Source: Saccostrea echinata (taxonomy: Eukaryota). Taken from it: a stretch of 64,000 bases of DNA. Location: positions 434,001 through 498,000 of the forward strand of contig NW_026889786.1 of NCBI RefSeq assembly GCF_033153115.1, written 5' to 3'. Below the pieces are notes generated by a model. It saw only the letters and a list, made by a program, of their open reading frames with translations, was not told the DNA's origin and made no database searches. Shown piece after piece: positions 39,680 through 51,584 of this stretch. A program made the position numbers and the translations under genes. Numbering within the stretch: the stretch's first letter is position 1; every line of letters starts with the position of its first letter.

Positions 39680-40709
39680 CAAGCCACGATCAAACTGTAC
39701 GATCCTCTCCCATTAGGAGAGAGTTTACACATGTGCAGACTCCGGACAGTGCATTGAGACGATTCTGCATAGTATGAATCCATGAAACTGAATACATGCC
39801 CCCATGTAGCGCATTGTCCGCATATAGTGGACAAGAAGAAATATAGGGTAGCTCTAGTGATACCACTGACTTACCAGCATACGTTTATCCATGCGGTATT
39901 TTTCTGTTTTTTCTTTGGCAATATATCTCACGCGTATAGGAATAAATAACAAATAAATAATAAATATGACACGTCTTGACATCCTACAATTTGGGGGGAA
40001 AATACCTGCTCATCATCTTTTCACATTGCAAAGGTATTCGAAATGTAGCATCATAGCTTACCGAGACAAATTATCATTTACATTACAAACTCTTGATAAT
40101 CAGAAGCGATAATTCGACTTGATTTCTCACAAATCAGATCATTTCATCACTTGTAGTACACAGTGTTTGCCTACCGCCCCAGAGGTACATATGCTCCATG
40201 TGCACTAGTGGTACTGGTAAATTCTCTACATTAGTGCATTATATTGAGATCCTCAGCTGCAGGGTAGTTACCGATTACTCTATTATAGCAAAAATATTAT
40301 CAATCAATTTGTTAAATTAAAAAAATTAATAAAAACTCGTCTAGAACTGTAATTATAGATATAGATATCATCAGATCAGATAGGGTTCATCAACTGTAAC
40401 AAATGTCAATCTCGGAAATATATTGCCCAAAATCCTATTTTGTAGGGAGACGGGGAGGGGGAGACTTTCCTAAATCAATTTTCTTCAGATAGATGACTCT
40501 CCTTACTGTTTAAAAAAGGGTCCATGTTTCCTGGGAAGGTGCCAAGGTTAGTTTTTCCTTACTGTTTTAAGAGGGGTCATTGTTTCCGAGGGGAGTTCCA
40601 AGGTTATTTTTTGTTACCACCCACCCCGACCCCCCTCAAGAACCGTCTATGAACAAGTATTTTTGAGCGTTTTGAATTTATTACACAGATACACAACAAG
40701 GGAACAAAA

Positions 40710-42440
40710 ATGGAGGGAGAATCGTCAAATGTTTCCAGTTGCCTACTGGAGGGTCTCCGTAAAATGTACAAGTCTCAGCGGTTCACTGACGTCATCGTCA
40801 ACGTGGAGAACCAGTCTTTTCGGTGTCATCGGGTCATACTGTCGTCTGTTTCTCCGTATTTCGACGCCATGTTTTCTTCTGGAATGAAAGAATCCAACTC
40901 CATGGAAATAAATCTTCATAAAACCAACTCTAAATTATTTCACGACATCCTTCAGTATGTGTATTTAGGAAAAGACATCGTGAAACCAGATACTGTTGGG
41001 GATCTTCTGCAGATTTCCTCAATGCTTCAAATCACGTGTCTGCAGATCAGATGTGAAGAATACATAATAAGAAACATAGATGTTAACAACTGCTTAGGAG
41101 TCTGGAAACTAGGAAGGTCACATAACATTGAAAAACTAGTAGACAATAGCCACCCTTTTATTTTAAATAACTTCGATGACGTTTGGGAAAGCAGTGACTT
41201 TTTGAAACTTGAAAAGGACGAATTGGAATGCCTTATTCGTGACGAAAGGCTAAACGTTTCTTGCGAAGAGGTCGTCTGCAAGGCTCTTTTTCACTGGATA
41301 GCAGCAGACGAGATTCAAAGGAAAATAGCATTTCCGGAGCTCTTCGAACACATCAGACTCACCTCAGTCAGCCTTGAATTCCTACTCGATCAAGTTGATC
41401 AACATCCTATGATTCTTGAACATAGTGCTTGTCAAACTTCGGTGAAAAATGCCATCAAATACCATGCGTTGCCGTCAAGGCGCCAAGAGCTAATTTGGGA
41501 CGAGAAACCGTATCGGAATAACACAGAGCAGGAACAGATTCTGGCAATCGTGGGAAAGCGCCTTTCGAGCAATGATTCAATTGTTACAGAATTTGTCGGA
41601 TACAGTTTCGCAAACAAAAAATGGGTTGCACTTCAACCTATCGTTGCAGACATCGGAGAAGACTTCGCAGTTTGCTCTTATGGTCACGACATCTTCATAA
41701 CCGGCGGGACAACAAATATGACCAGTTGTATAAGATATTCTGCAAAATTGTCGCAGTGGCGGGAACGATCTACCATGCAGTGTGGTCGATACAGACATTC
41801 AATGGTGGCAATGTCGGACTCGTTGTTTGTGTTTGGTGGCTACAACTTTGGAACCTTAAACAGCGTCGAACAATATGACATGGGAACTGAAGCATGGAAA
41901 CAAGTTGGGGAACTACATTTTGGTGTTGACAGAAGCTCTGCAGCGGTGATAGGCGAAAAGGTCTACATCTTTGGAGGCAGTCTCGGCTTTACCGAGGAAA
42001 CCGCGGGAATACAGTGCTTTAACACCAAGACTTTCACGTGCTCATTGATTGCTAACCTTCCCAGACCCCCTAAATTCAGCAGTGCTATAAAATTTGCTGA
42101 CATAATATATGTCGTATGTGATAATGGAGAGGTGATATCCTTCAGTGCTAATGAAGGGCATCGTGTAATCCACAGACTCAAGAGCTTCTCGAGGAAGAAC
42201 TTCGGTCTCTTCATCGATAAAGGAACACCATGCATCGTTGGAGGGAACCAGAACGTGTTTTCTGACGAAGATAAGCTTTGTTCTGATGTGATCAAGATCG
42301 CAGAAGAGCCCAGCACGCATAATAGCCTTGAACTCCCATTTCAAATGGAGGTCATCAACTGTGTGCGTACTGTTGTTGCGAGAAAGTATCCACTTTTGGA
42401 GTGCGAGTCCTTAATACGAGAATTTGTGGACGTGGACTGA
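40710..42440 (+). CDS. BTB-BACK-Kelch protein (KLHL24-like family), 576 aa, single coding exon
   Basis: BTB FTDVIVNVENQSFRCHRVILSSVSPYFDAMFSSGMKES; BACK NCLGVW..LNVSCEEVV..WI..LFEHIRL; Kelch repeats IFITGG, LFVFGG..VEQYD..W, VYIFGG. Confidence 0.93.
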   Translation: MEGESSNVSSCLLEGLRKMYKSQRFTDVIVNVENQSFRCHRVILSSVSPYFDAMFSSGMKESNSMEINLHKTNSKLFHDILQYVYLGKDIVKPDTVGDLLQISSMLQITCLQIRCEEYIIRNIDVNNCLGVWKLGRSHNIEKLVDNSHPFILNNFDDVWESSDFLKLEKDELECLIRDERLNVSCEEVVCKALFHWIAADEIQRKIAFPELFEHIRLTSVSLEFLLDQVDQHPMILEHSACQTSVKNAIKYHALPSRRQELIWDEKPYRNNTEQEQILAIVGKRLSSNDSIVTEFVGYSFANKKWVALQPIVADIGEDFAVCSYGHDIFITGGTTNMTSCIRYSAKLSQWRERSTMQCGRYRHSMVAMSDSLFVFGGYNFGTLNSVEQYDMGTEAWKQVGELHFGVDRSSAAVIGEKVYIFGGSLGFTEETAGIQCFNTKTFTCSLIANLPRPPKFSSAIKFADIIYVVCDNGEVISFSANEGHRVIHRLKSFSRKNFGLFIDKGTPCIVGGNQNVFSDEDKLCSDVIKIAEEPSTHNSLELPFQMEVINCVRTVVARKYPLLECESLIREFVDVD

Positions 42441-42654
42441 TCTATACGAAAATTTGTATTACAAAACAGTGCAAAGAAATGATAAAATTGTTGGTACAAA
42501 GTTCCAGCAACAAGTGACGTTTATCTTCAGTAGTGTATACGAGTTAGATGAACATAATATTTATTTATTTATTTATTTGTGTACAGTACTGGTGTGATCC
42601 CTTTAAGTTCAAGTTTTTAAGGTAAATGTTTTAAAACGCTACTTTTAATTCAAT

Positions 42655-42981
42655 CCAGACACCTCACATATGGATGGTTTAATACCCCTCCCCCTTCCGA
42701 GAATATTTTTATGAGACACGAAATACATGAATTCCCAGCCTTTTATATCTATATTTCCGATATCTAATGCATTTTCCAGTACTAGTATCTTTATCTACCA
42801 GAGGGAGTCAATCTAAAAATTAACAAAAGCGGAAAATAAATTCGACAACAATGATATCAGATAGGGAATATAGGCATAAAAGGCTAGGAATCCATGCATT
42901 TTAAATGTGATCGTGTCTGTAATAAAAATTCTCAGGAAAAAGGGGGGGGGGGGTTACACCATCCATACGTCAGACGCCCGT
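42655..42981. mobile_element. MITE with degenerate TIRs and 8-bp TSD
   Basis: atatggatggt / accatccatac inverted; aattcaat at 42647-42654 and 42982-42989. Confidence 0.6.
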
Positions 42982-43261
42982 AATTCAATACACATGTATA
43001 TATTAATAGTTCTTTTATGTTTTTATTCCATATGATAAATTATTTATTAAATAATTATATTCTAAATTTGTTGTTTTAATATTTCCAACAGTATCTGTAG
43101 TGCCTCGTAATATTTTTTAAAGTTCACTTGGTAATTTCCAACTTTAAAGTTGGTAATTCCAACTTTAATCTTGGCTTTTCCAGCTTTAAAATTTTTCATA
43201 AAGTTTTGTTGTTAAGTTAACATTAACGTCCATTTCTAGCAAAATATTCAAGTTCCAAAAT

Positions 43262-43568
43262 AGGTGTGTCAGACTCTGTGGTATCTTTTATTTCAAGTTC
43301 ACTGGGATATATCGAGTTGACATATGAATGGAAATAACTATTGTTAATTGGTAATACGTCGTCGATATATCTAAATGTCGAGTTGAAGGTCACAGCAAGT
43401 GTTTTGTTTTGTTCTTCTCATGTACAAGTTTTTGAATAAAATTCTGCTTCATATGAATACAATAAATAAGTCTGCTAATAACGTGGCGCAATTGGTACCC
43501 ATGGAAATTCCGACAGATTGTTGGAAGACCTGATCTCCAAAAACTATATAGATATTGTCAATTAGAAA
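43262..43568 (-). mobile_element. Penelope-like retroelement RT fragment (frameshifted)
   Basis: FLIDNIYIVFGDQVFQQSVGISMGTNCATLLADLF/YSYEAEFIQKL/FNSTFRYIDDVL..IYPSELEIKDTTES. Confidence 0.85.
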
Positions 43569-43589
43569 GAATTTGATTCATCGAGAAAC

Positions 43590-43916
43590 ATTTGTTAAAA
43601 AACACTGTTACCATCTGAATGATAAAACCACGCCCTCCAGCGTGATAGAACTTAGTAACATTCAACATTGCTTGACGACGGGTAATATTCAAAAAAAAAA
43701 AAAATTGACTGCGCGGAATCTATGCGCACGCGCTTCACTTTTGTTTGAATAAAACATTCAGTATAATAGATACTAGTAGTATATGTAGTACTGTTGAGGG
43801 TAACATTGAAAATTTTCACCCGAAGAAAACCATTGTCTAACCGAGGCTGCACCTCAGTTTGACAATGGATAATGCGCCTCAGTTTGACAATGGTTTTCTT
43901 GGGGTGAAAATTTTCA

Positions 43917-43920
<4 letters not shown>
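43590..43920. mobile_element. Hairpin-ended element (Crypton-like), followed by (TA)n and a G-rich MITE to 44213
   Basis: Stem tgaaaattttcacccgaagaaaaccattgtc / gacaatggttttcttggggtgaaaattttca. Confidence 0.5.
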
Positions 43921-43962
<42 letters not shown>

Positions 43963-44584
43963 AAGCAATTTTTTTAATGGGGGGGGGGGGGAACAACCAT
44001 TCATTTTTAGTTCGGGGGGGGGGGGCGCTATCAACTATCCAAAATTCATTGATAAGCAAAAAAAAAAAAAAAAAAAAAAAAAAGGTCATCAGACGTTTTC
44101 ATTGAGGGGGCACAAGCACATAGTAGCTATGTTTTCCATAGTAATCCATATATCCGCAAAATTATTACGGGGGCACGCCGCCCCCCCCCTCCCCCCCGTT
44201 TCCTACGGCCATGTCATAGAAGGGACAAGTTAACAGCTTTTGCTGAAGAATCTGAAGAATCTTTGACTTCTGTATTACTCTTGAAAGCATTATAATTTAT
44301 GCAGTATTGTTGACGTGCTTTATTTTTGCAGACTATTCTAAAATCTGCGATAGAAAAGACAACAATAAACTAAATATGAGACCCCCCCCCCCCCCCCCCC
44401 GCTATTGTTAAACAAAAATGATGAGCTTAGTGCATGAAGTAATTTTAAATAAAATAAATTTCATCGTCACATAAAATAAACCATACATTAATCAGAAAGT
44501 AAAAGCAATGTCAATTCTTGGACTTTCGCCTTCCACCAGGATTTCTCGCCGTTCTGGAGTTTGCAGCTGATGGGATGAGAGATT

Positions 44585-47099
44585 TTAAGCTTTCACCAAG
44601 ATTTCTCGCCGTTTTGGAGTTCTTTTGCTGAGAGATCTTTTTCTGTAAATGAATGATTTTAAGCGTTTTCCAACTGGTAATAAGATCAGTAGTAGACCGG
44701 AAAAGGAGAAAAAGCTTCCCCCGACCAGGAAGGTGTGGTCATAGGAACCCGACAGGTCATAAAGTAAACCTGTGAACACGAAAATATTTCTACATACTAG
44801 TTCTTCGAAGAAAAAAGCATATAATAATTGTCATTTTTAAGGGAACAACTTCTAATTAACTTCTAATTAAGCAGACTCTCGGCTGAGGACAATTTAACGT
44901 ATATTCGAAATCTGTTTGTTTATTTGATGAAATTTATTACAAAGTACTGATAATATATAGAGTATTTTTCAATTCTTTAATAAGCAAATAAATTAATTGA
45001 TGTATTTTGCTTTGCCATACCTAGAGATGAATTACACGGAAAACAATTAAATGATATTTCTTAACTGAAAAATGTTTTAAGCACTTCATCATAACTGCGT
45101 CATAAGGGCCTACATGTACTGGGTATTTGTTTGTTTGTTTGTTTGTTTTTTAATAAAAAAAAGACCATTAAAACAGCAAATTCTTTTTATAAATCTCTTT
45201 AACTTAATAGAGATGAAAACAAAAATAAGAGGAACAATTACCAGCTACAGGAGGTCCTATGATATTGGCTAATCCCTGCATCATCATGGTTAGTCCATAG
45301 GAATTGGTCAGCTTATCAATCCCAACAATTTCCACCAGAATCACGGTATCCAGTGCATAGCTGGCGCTAACAAAGAACCCAAACAGGCTCGCAATAATGC
45401 AAAGTGGTACAAAAGACAGGAACCACGGAACAATCATTACACACAATCCTGAGAGCATGATCGACACTCCATAGAGCAAGGTCAGGTCTATGTTTCTGTC
45501 ACCTATAAATCCATATACAATCTGTCCAAAGGTATTCACAATTCCAAGGATTGAAATAATGAAGGCCGGATCTTCTATCCCCCCTTCTATAGCAATATCA
45601 TTCAGAAATACATATGGTACATCGTACCAGAAGTACGATATGAAGTTGGAAATCAGAAACATAAGAAAGAATGGGTTTTTCATGATTTTGAAATCAAACA
45701 TCAACTTGAACATTTTCTTGATGTGTTTGGATAATCTCAGGAGTCTTGGTATAGAAGAATCATTGTCATCGTCTTCATCATCGCTTTCATCTAACACCTC
45801 TGGGTGTATTGCTGGACAGCTCTTTGGTCGGTTCTTTGGAGTGACTGTAAATCTTTTAAGACTTCTTCTGTAAAATAAGTCTTTTCTGAACAGAGGATAA
45901 TACTGTATAATTGTTCGTCGATTTAGGGTCTTCCTCCGTACAAGAGATTTTTTCTTGCTTCTCTTTCTTACTATGTCATCTTTTACAAGTCTGTCTTTCT
46001 CGTGACAGGCATTTTGATCATCGTTTGCAACTACATTTATCATTTCCTGGCCCGGAAGTCTGTCTTTATTAGGTGCACAGGTATTTCCTGTGGTGTGAAC
46101 GTTGATTGTATCCATGCTTTGAAAATATTTCTTCAAGATGTGCTGCGAATTCTTACCATTTCTTCGTACAACACATAACATGTCAAGTGGAATATTCTTG
46201 GATTTATTTGTAAAAGTAGGCAATTGAACCATTGAATGACAACGCTGTCTTTTCTCAGCTAAGCATTTGTTATCATTGTGATAATCTAAGTTCAGCATAT
46301 CCGAACTGTTAGCGAGGCAATTTCGATTGTGCAGTTTAGATTCCGATATTGTTTTCGCCATATTTTCAAATTTTTCTAAATTTCTTTTCCATTCTTCCAA
46401 AGGAGTAAATTCCAAAGGTCTCATCAGTGCTCCACAAACGACTAAATTCAATGTGATGGCACTGAGAATAACAAAGGTACCTCTCCATCCATACTCTTCA
46501 ATGAGGAATTCCAAAAGTGGAGCAAACACAAAGGTACCGATACCAGATCCACAAACAGACAACCCGGACGCCAGAGATCGCTTCTTTTCAAAATAGTACG
46601 CCACAAGGACTGCAGACGTAATATACCCAATAGAGAGCCCGAATCCTGCGACAAAACCAAGGGTAAAACAGATAAGGCCAATGGAATCCACAAAGGCACT
46701 AGCCAAGACTCCAACACTTGTGATCAATCCTCCAAGAATCTGCGCTTTTCTGCATCCTAATTTAGTTACAATGGCACTGGCTATAGGTCCACAAATCATG
46801 GGGATTCCATAGAATAGGGATGCAATTATAGATGTTACACTTTTACTCTGCTTGAAAACATCTGACAACTCTGTAAAGAGTACACCAAATGATAGGGAAA
46901 ATCCTTCGCTAATAAGCATTACAAAGAAAGAACTAATAACAATCACCCAGCCATAGCCACCGTCTGGGGCCGGGGGCAGCGAAATAGAAGGGTCAAATAA
47001 TGAGGGAATTCCATCAGGCGGGGCAGTGATAAGAGATGACGCGCTGTATCCGGATTCAGCGTCCTTTCTTAATGCCTGATCCTGCTTCTCTTTAAGCAT
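44585..47099 (-). CDS. SLC16/MCT transporter copy B, 680 aa; complement(join(44585..44769,45242..47099))
   Basis: Paralog of copy A with the same intron position and phase; the ATG at 47099 aligns with the copy-A start (the ORF-track start at 47111 is TTG). Confidence 0.9.
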
Positions 47100-48648
47100 T
47101 TCTTTCTTCAAAGGCTTTCGGCTTGTAGGTTAAAAAGGGTTCGCTGATGAAAAAATACAAGATATGCTGTTTAATCATTGTTCAATGCAGCTGAAGGGAA
47201 TGGAAACCCTATCTCCATAAATGGACATTCTTGTGTTTCCATTATCGGAATACTCTGCAAACATAAGAAAAATACTTAAATGCAAATGGTCACAGATTTC
47301 GATGTTAAGAAATTCCAATCTCCAAACTTAACTATACATTAAATAAACTGACCAAAACATGTACCAATGAAGATCAGAAGATTTTCCATGTTAATAACGT
47401 CTCTACTAAGATCTGTAAAATCAGAAATATTCTCATCCACTTTGGGTACTTGTATTTTTTATGACCATGGGGGTTTAGGAATGGTCTTTAGCTTCATATT
47501 TTAGATCACTTAACATAATCACCTCTAGCTTCGACATCCATGTCCATCTTCAAGAGTAATTCATGTTAACTCTCTTCAAGACACTCAATTGTAAAATGCC
47601 GACCAATTGTTTAAATATTTACTAAAAAAATTTTCCATGAAGCTATACATTTACAATGTATATGCTGTACATAAAAACAAGTATTAAAAAGGCTTTAATT
47701 TGCTTTTGCTTCACTATCTAGACAACAGGAAAATGAAAACATCAGCTTCAACATTTCCTGTTGTTTGTTGGATATCTCTGCAAGTAGGAAAAAAACAGTC
47801 AAGGATGTACGTGGATCAACGCCACCCGTCACCATGCTCCAAGTTAGCTTTAATTTCGAAACAAAGGAGCAAAGACGTGCAACTGCATGGAAATTACCAT
47901 ATTATCTAATCATAACGTCATACATCATGTGTTTATGGAAAAAGGGAATTTTGACGAGCTCACTGTGTCAATCTTTCGAAGATTTAGTTCTTCAATATAC
48001 TCTAAATTCGAAGCCATTGTGGTTAAGTTAGGACTTATGTTTGTGGAGGGGGTGGGAGGTCCACACCGGCTTATAAAAAATTCTGACTCCGATACTTCTT
48101 TTGTACCCCAAAGTTTTGTGTTCATTTTTTTCCACAAAATGTGGAAATAGAATGGACACAAAACCAGTGGCTTGCGACGATATTTGTGGGTGTGATCGTA
48201 TTTACTATTAATTTTATTGTAACCCCTCTCCCCTCCCCCAAGGGAAAATTCTAGAATTTGCCGTTAGGAAAAATAGTATTGGATAACTATTACAAGTAGA
48301 TAGCTAATAAAATTTCATTTAAACTTACTTTCTGTTGAACGGGGGAGGGGCAATTTCCCTATTCAGGACCCAAGGTAAATTTCAAAATTATGTAAAGAAA
48401 TTTACTTTTTTTTCGTCAGGAATACCTTTCTTTAACATTCAAGAAAAGCACATTTGCTCAAAAGGTTGACCTTTGGATAAGAAGTTTGCCTCTCCAGAGA
48501 ATAAAATAAGACATTTATTTAGCAGTGCTTAGGCTCTATAAAGTGCTCACATTCAAGATCACGTGGCTTATGCCTTTTTTGCATCTTGGATTGTTTGGAC
48601 ATTTTTTTATATGCAGGTTTTTCCAGCAATTATGTATGCAATTAGGGG

Positions 48649-49145
48649 CAGGGTTCGACACTAACCTTAGTCCGTTAGTCTCAGACTAATACATTTTCAT
48701 TCGGACTAATAAAATATGTGGCTAATTAGTCCGAACGGACCAATAAAAATTTCTGAAAAACAATATGAATAAATTACCGATGTCCGATTCTCGACAACTT
48801 TTACTGGAAAACCCCGCGTGTATTTTTAGATTTCTAGCTTTTGGCGGGTAGTTACGCAATGCAGCGCTTAATTTTTCGACTGATCGATATGAAGTATAAG
48901 GTTTTAGCGATCATGATTTAGTATGACACTTTTAAGAAAGATGTTGGACGTTTTGGATGTAATGGAAAGACATAAAAAAAAAAAAAACGAGATCGGGAAT
49001 ACGATCGCATACTTGCTGATTGCGAGATTTCAATGAATCTGTGGAATATATTTCACGTAAATACTTTGTTTATTTCAAAAAATAATACGTATATTAATTG
49101 TCACGTTAAATTAATGTTAAAAACATTGATGTTTCTTTCTTTCTT

Positions 49146-49178
<33 letters not shown>

Positions 49179-49269
49179 ACGGACTAATAAAATCGCGTGC
49201 GGACTAGTAAACGTAATGAAGCACTAGTCCGGCTGGACTAAAGCCTTAAAAAGTTAGTGTCGAACCCTG
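48649..49269. mobile_element. hAT-like MITE with perfect 17-bp TIR and 6-bp TSD
   Basis: cagggttcgacactaac / gttagtgtcgaaccctg; tagggg on both sides; repeated ggactaa/ttagtcc subterminal motifs. Confidence 0.85.
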
Positions 49270-49823
49270 TAGGGGTACGTTTGTTAGAGGGATGTCTTTA
49301 ATGATACTGAAATATTTTAGACCACCACAAGTGCATGTCCAAGGAAGGAAGTTTTCCGCCTGCAAATCATAATTCCTGTCATTTTACGAGTAACATATTT
49401 TTTCATACTTGTCCTCACTTGTAAATCTCTGCTTTAGTTCATCAATTTCATCACTTTATCATCATCAATTGGTAGAGGAAAAGCCTTGGCCCTTATTTTA
49501 CAAATTTCCTCGTTTGGGTTAGATGAAACCGCAGAAGTGTTCATGTGGTAAATTCTAACAATAGGATATATGAATTTCAAAAACTTCATGTAAAAGTTTT
49601 ATGCAACTTTCTGTAAAGTTTGACCTTGGATCCATCACAAAATTATATATTTAAAAAAAATTCGTTTTGTTCATTTTTTTTTTTTTAAAAATCTAATGAG
49701 CATTTGATGTCTGTGAAAAAAAAATTCTGGTCTCGAAGACAACTTCCTTGCTGGAAGAGCTCCCAAGTAGCCAGGTGGATTGTCTTCTAAAACCTCCTCA
49801 TACTTGATATATGGAAGACTCTC

Positions 49824-50078
49824 CAGTGGCGGATCCAGGAATTTCATAATGGAGGGGTGCAGTAGAAAACGGGGGGTCTGCATTGAAGCCCCCCGTGGGT
49901 CTAGGGCAAAGCCCTGGTGGGGGTCCGGGGGCGAAGCCCCCGAAAGCTGACGAATTCTTACAAATAAGAGATGTGTTTTTCTTGATTTTAGGATAATGGA
50001 CATATGAGTTCTAAATACAAAAAATTCAAATGGGGGGGGGGGGGCATGCGCCAGGCGCGCTGGCCCTGGATCAGCCTT
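49824..50078. mobile_element. MITE (CAGTGGCGGATCCAGG family); copy at 56884-57145
   Basis: cagtggcggatccagg ... cctggatcagcc; actctc on both flanks. Confidence 0.65.
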
Positions 50079-50359
50079 TACTCTCACTCAAAATTCAGAG
50101 AAATATTTGTGAAACATACTATCTGTAAAGAACTGGAAATCAGTTGTATAATATCCAGCATAGTTTTCAGCATTGCTTGCTTTAAAATGTGACATTTTAT
50201 TCAAAATACACTCCGTGAAATACATGTACACATTTATACATAAAATTCACACAAAGGAACATAAAAAAAATATTCTTATGAATTCAATTCATTAAAATAA
50301 AGAAAATTGTTTTCATTGATTAAATTCTGTTTACAGAAAACGAAATGAATAGACCTATA

Positions 50360-51379
50360 TCACCTGATACAACCCTTAATTACACTGGGTCTAACTCCTA
50401 AACTTCTTCTTTGTTGAGCAGAACTGTTGAATTTATCAGCTTGTTGAAACACAGGAGTGAATGGTTTAGAGAGACCAGAGAGATTGTACCTGGAAACAAA
50501 ACTCTGTCGTCTGCTTGTGGACCCTGAACTCTGGACGGAGGGCTCCCACTGAAAGAAGCCACACCCATTTCTGTCTGTTGTCTTCACCCCCGCACAAGAA
50601 AAGAAAAATCGACCAAGGTTTGGTCCTGGGGATTGCACCATTCTCCTCTTTGACCGACGTCCACATTTACACAGGGGTGGTGTTGCTTTCATTGTTGATG
50701 ACATACTGGTGTCCGGGGTCTTAAGAATTGAATTGCTTGAGTTTATAGTAGAATTGGTAACATTTAAAGCAGATTTTTGACATAGTGAAAACTGAAAACT
50801 TGGACTAGGAACCTTAAATTGTCCACCATGTTCTACACTTGAAACTTGGGAATTGACACAAATTTTTCCACTTTTATCTGTGTTACTTTTGTTTGAGTCT
50901 TTAATAGAATTTTTATTTGGTTCACTTGCTTTACTCATATTGCCATTTCTATTAGATAAGCCACTGCCGGCTTTCATTTGCACACTGAACGACTCAACAG
51001 ATCTGCAGTTACCATCCATGTAAATCTGCTTCATTGAAAATCCTTTGGAGACAATATGCCTGGTTGGAGTTTCTCTCTGTGTGGCATTTTTCACCTTTGA
51101 ATCAGCAGACATGGATTCTCTGCTCCTTTTCAATAGCCTTGGAGATTTTCTGACAGGGGAGGTAACATGAGTCGGGGTTTTCTTTAAATGTCTGGGTGAT
51201 CTTCTAAGCACTGGCTTTAAGAAGCTGTGGGAGTTTTTGTCTGGTGTGGCCATCATAACTTCCTCTTCTTTACCCATGTCAGACATTCTCCTACGCTTTG
51301 GTAATGGGCTCCTGGTTGGACTTAATGGTTTCTTCGAGTTCAACAGATTCTCAACTGTGATCGGACTCGTGGATTTACT
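50360..51379 (-). pseudogene. ERI2: Orphan duplicate of the ERI2 terminal exon (GRF zinc finger)
   Basis: Same translation as 57427-58446, but its upstream intron is cut at the duplication junction 51646. Confidence 0.8.
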
Positions 51380-51584
51380 CTAATAAAAACAAGAGGAACT
51401 TTATTTGAAACACATCTTTATTGACAACATATACATGCATAGCATAAAGGTTAAAAAGACATACACTGTCTGCTGATATTTAACCAGTAAAATAAGGATG
51501 TAAAAAGGGATCACGCTAATATACTTAAGTAAAGAACTCCTTTCAGATTTTCTTTTCTATTTTTGAGAGATGATTTTTACTATT

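Noticed and set aside
49671-50087. 138-aa ORF (and copy at 56731-57114)
   Set aside because: Runs through a GC-rich MITE; no protein motif
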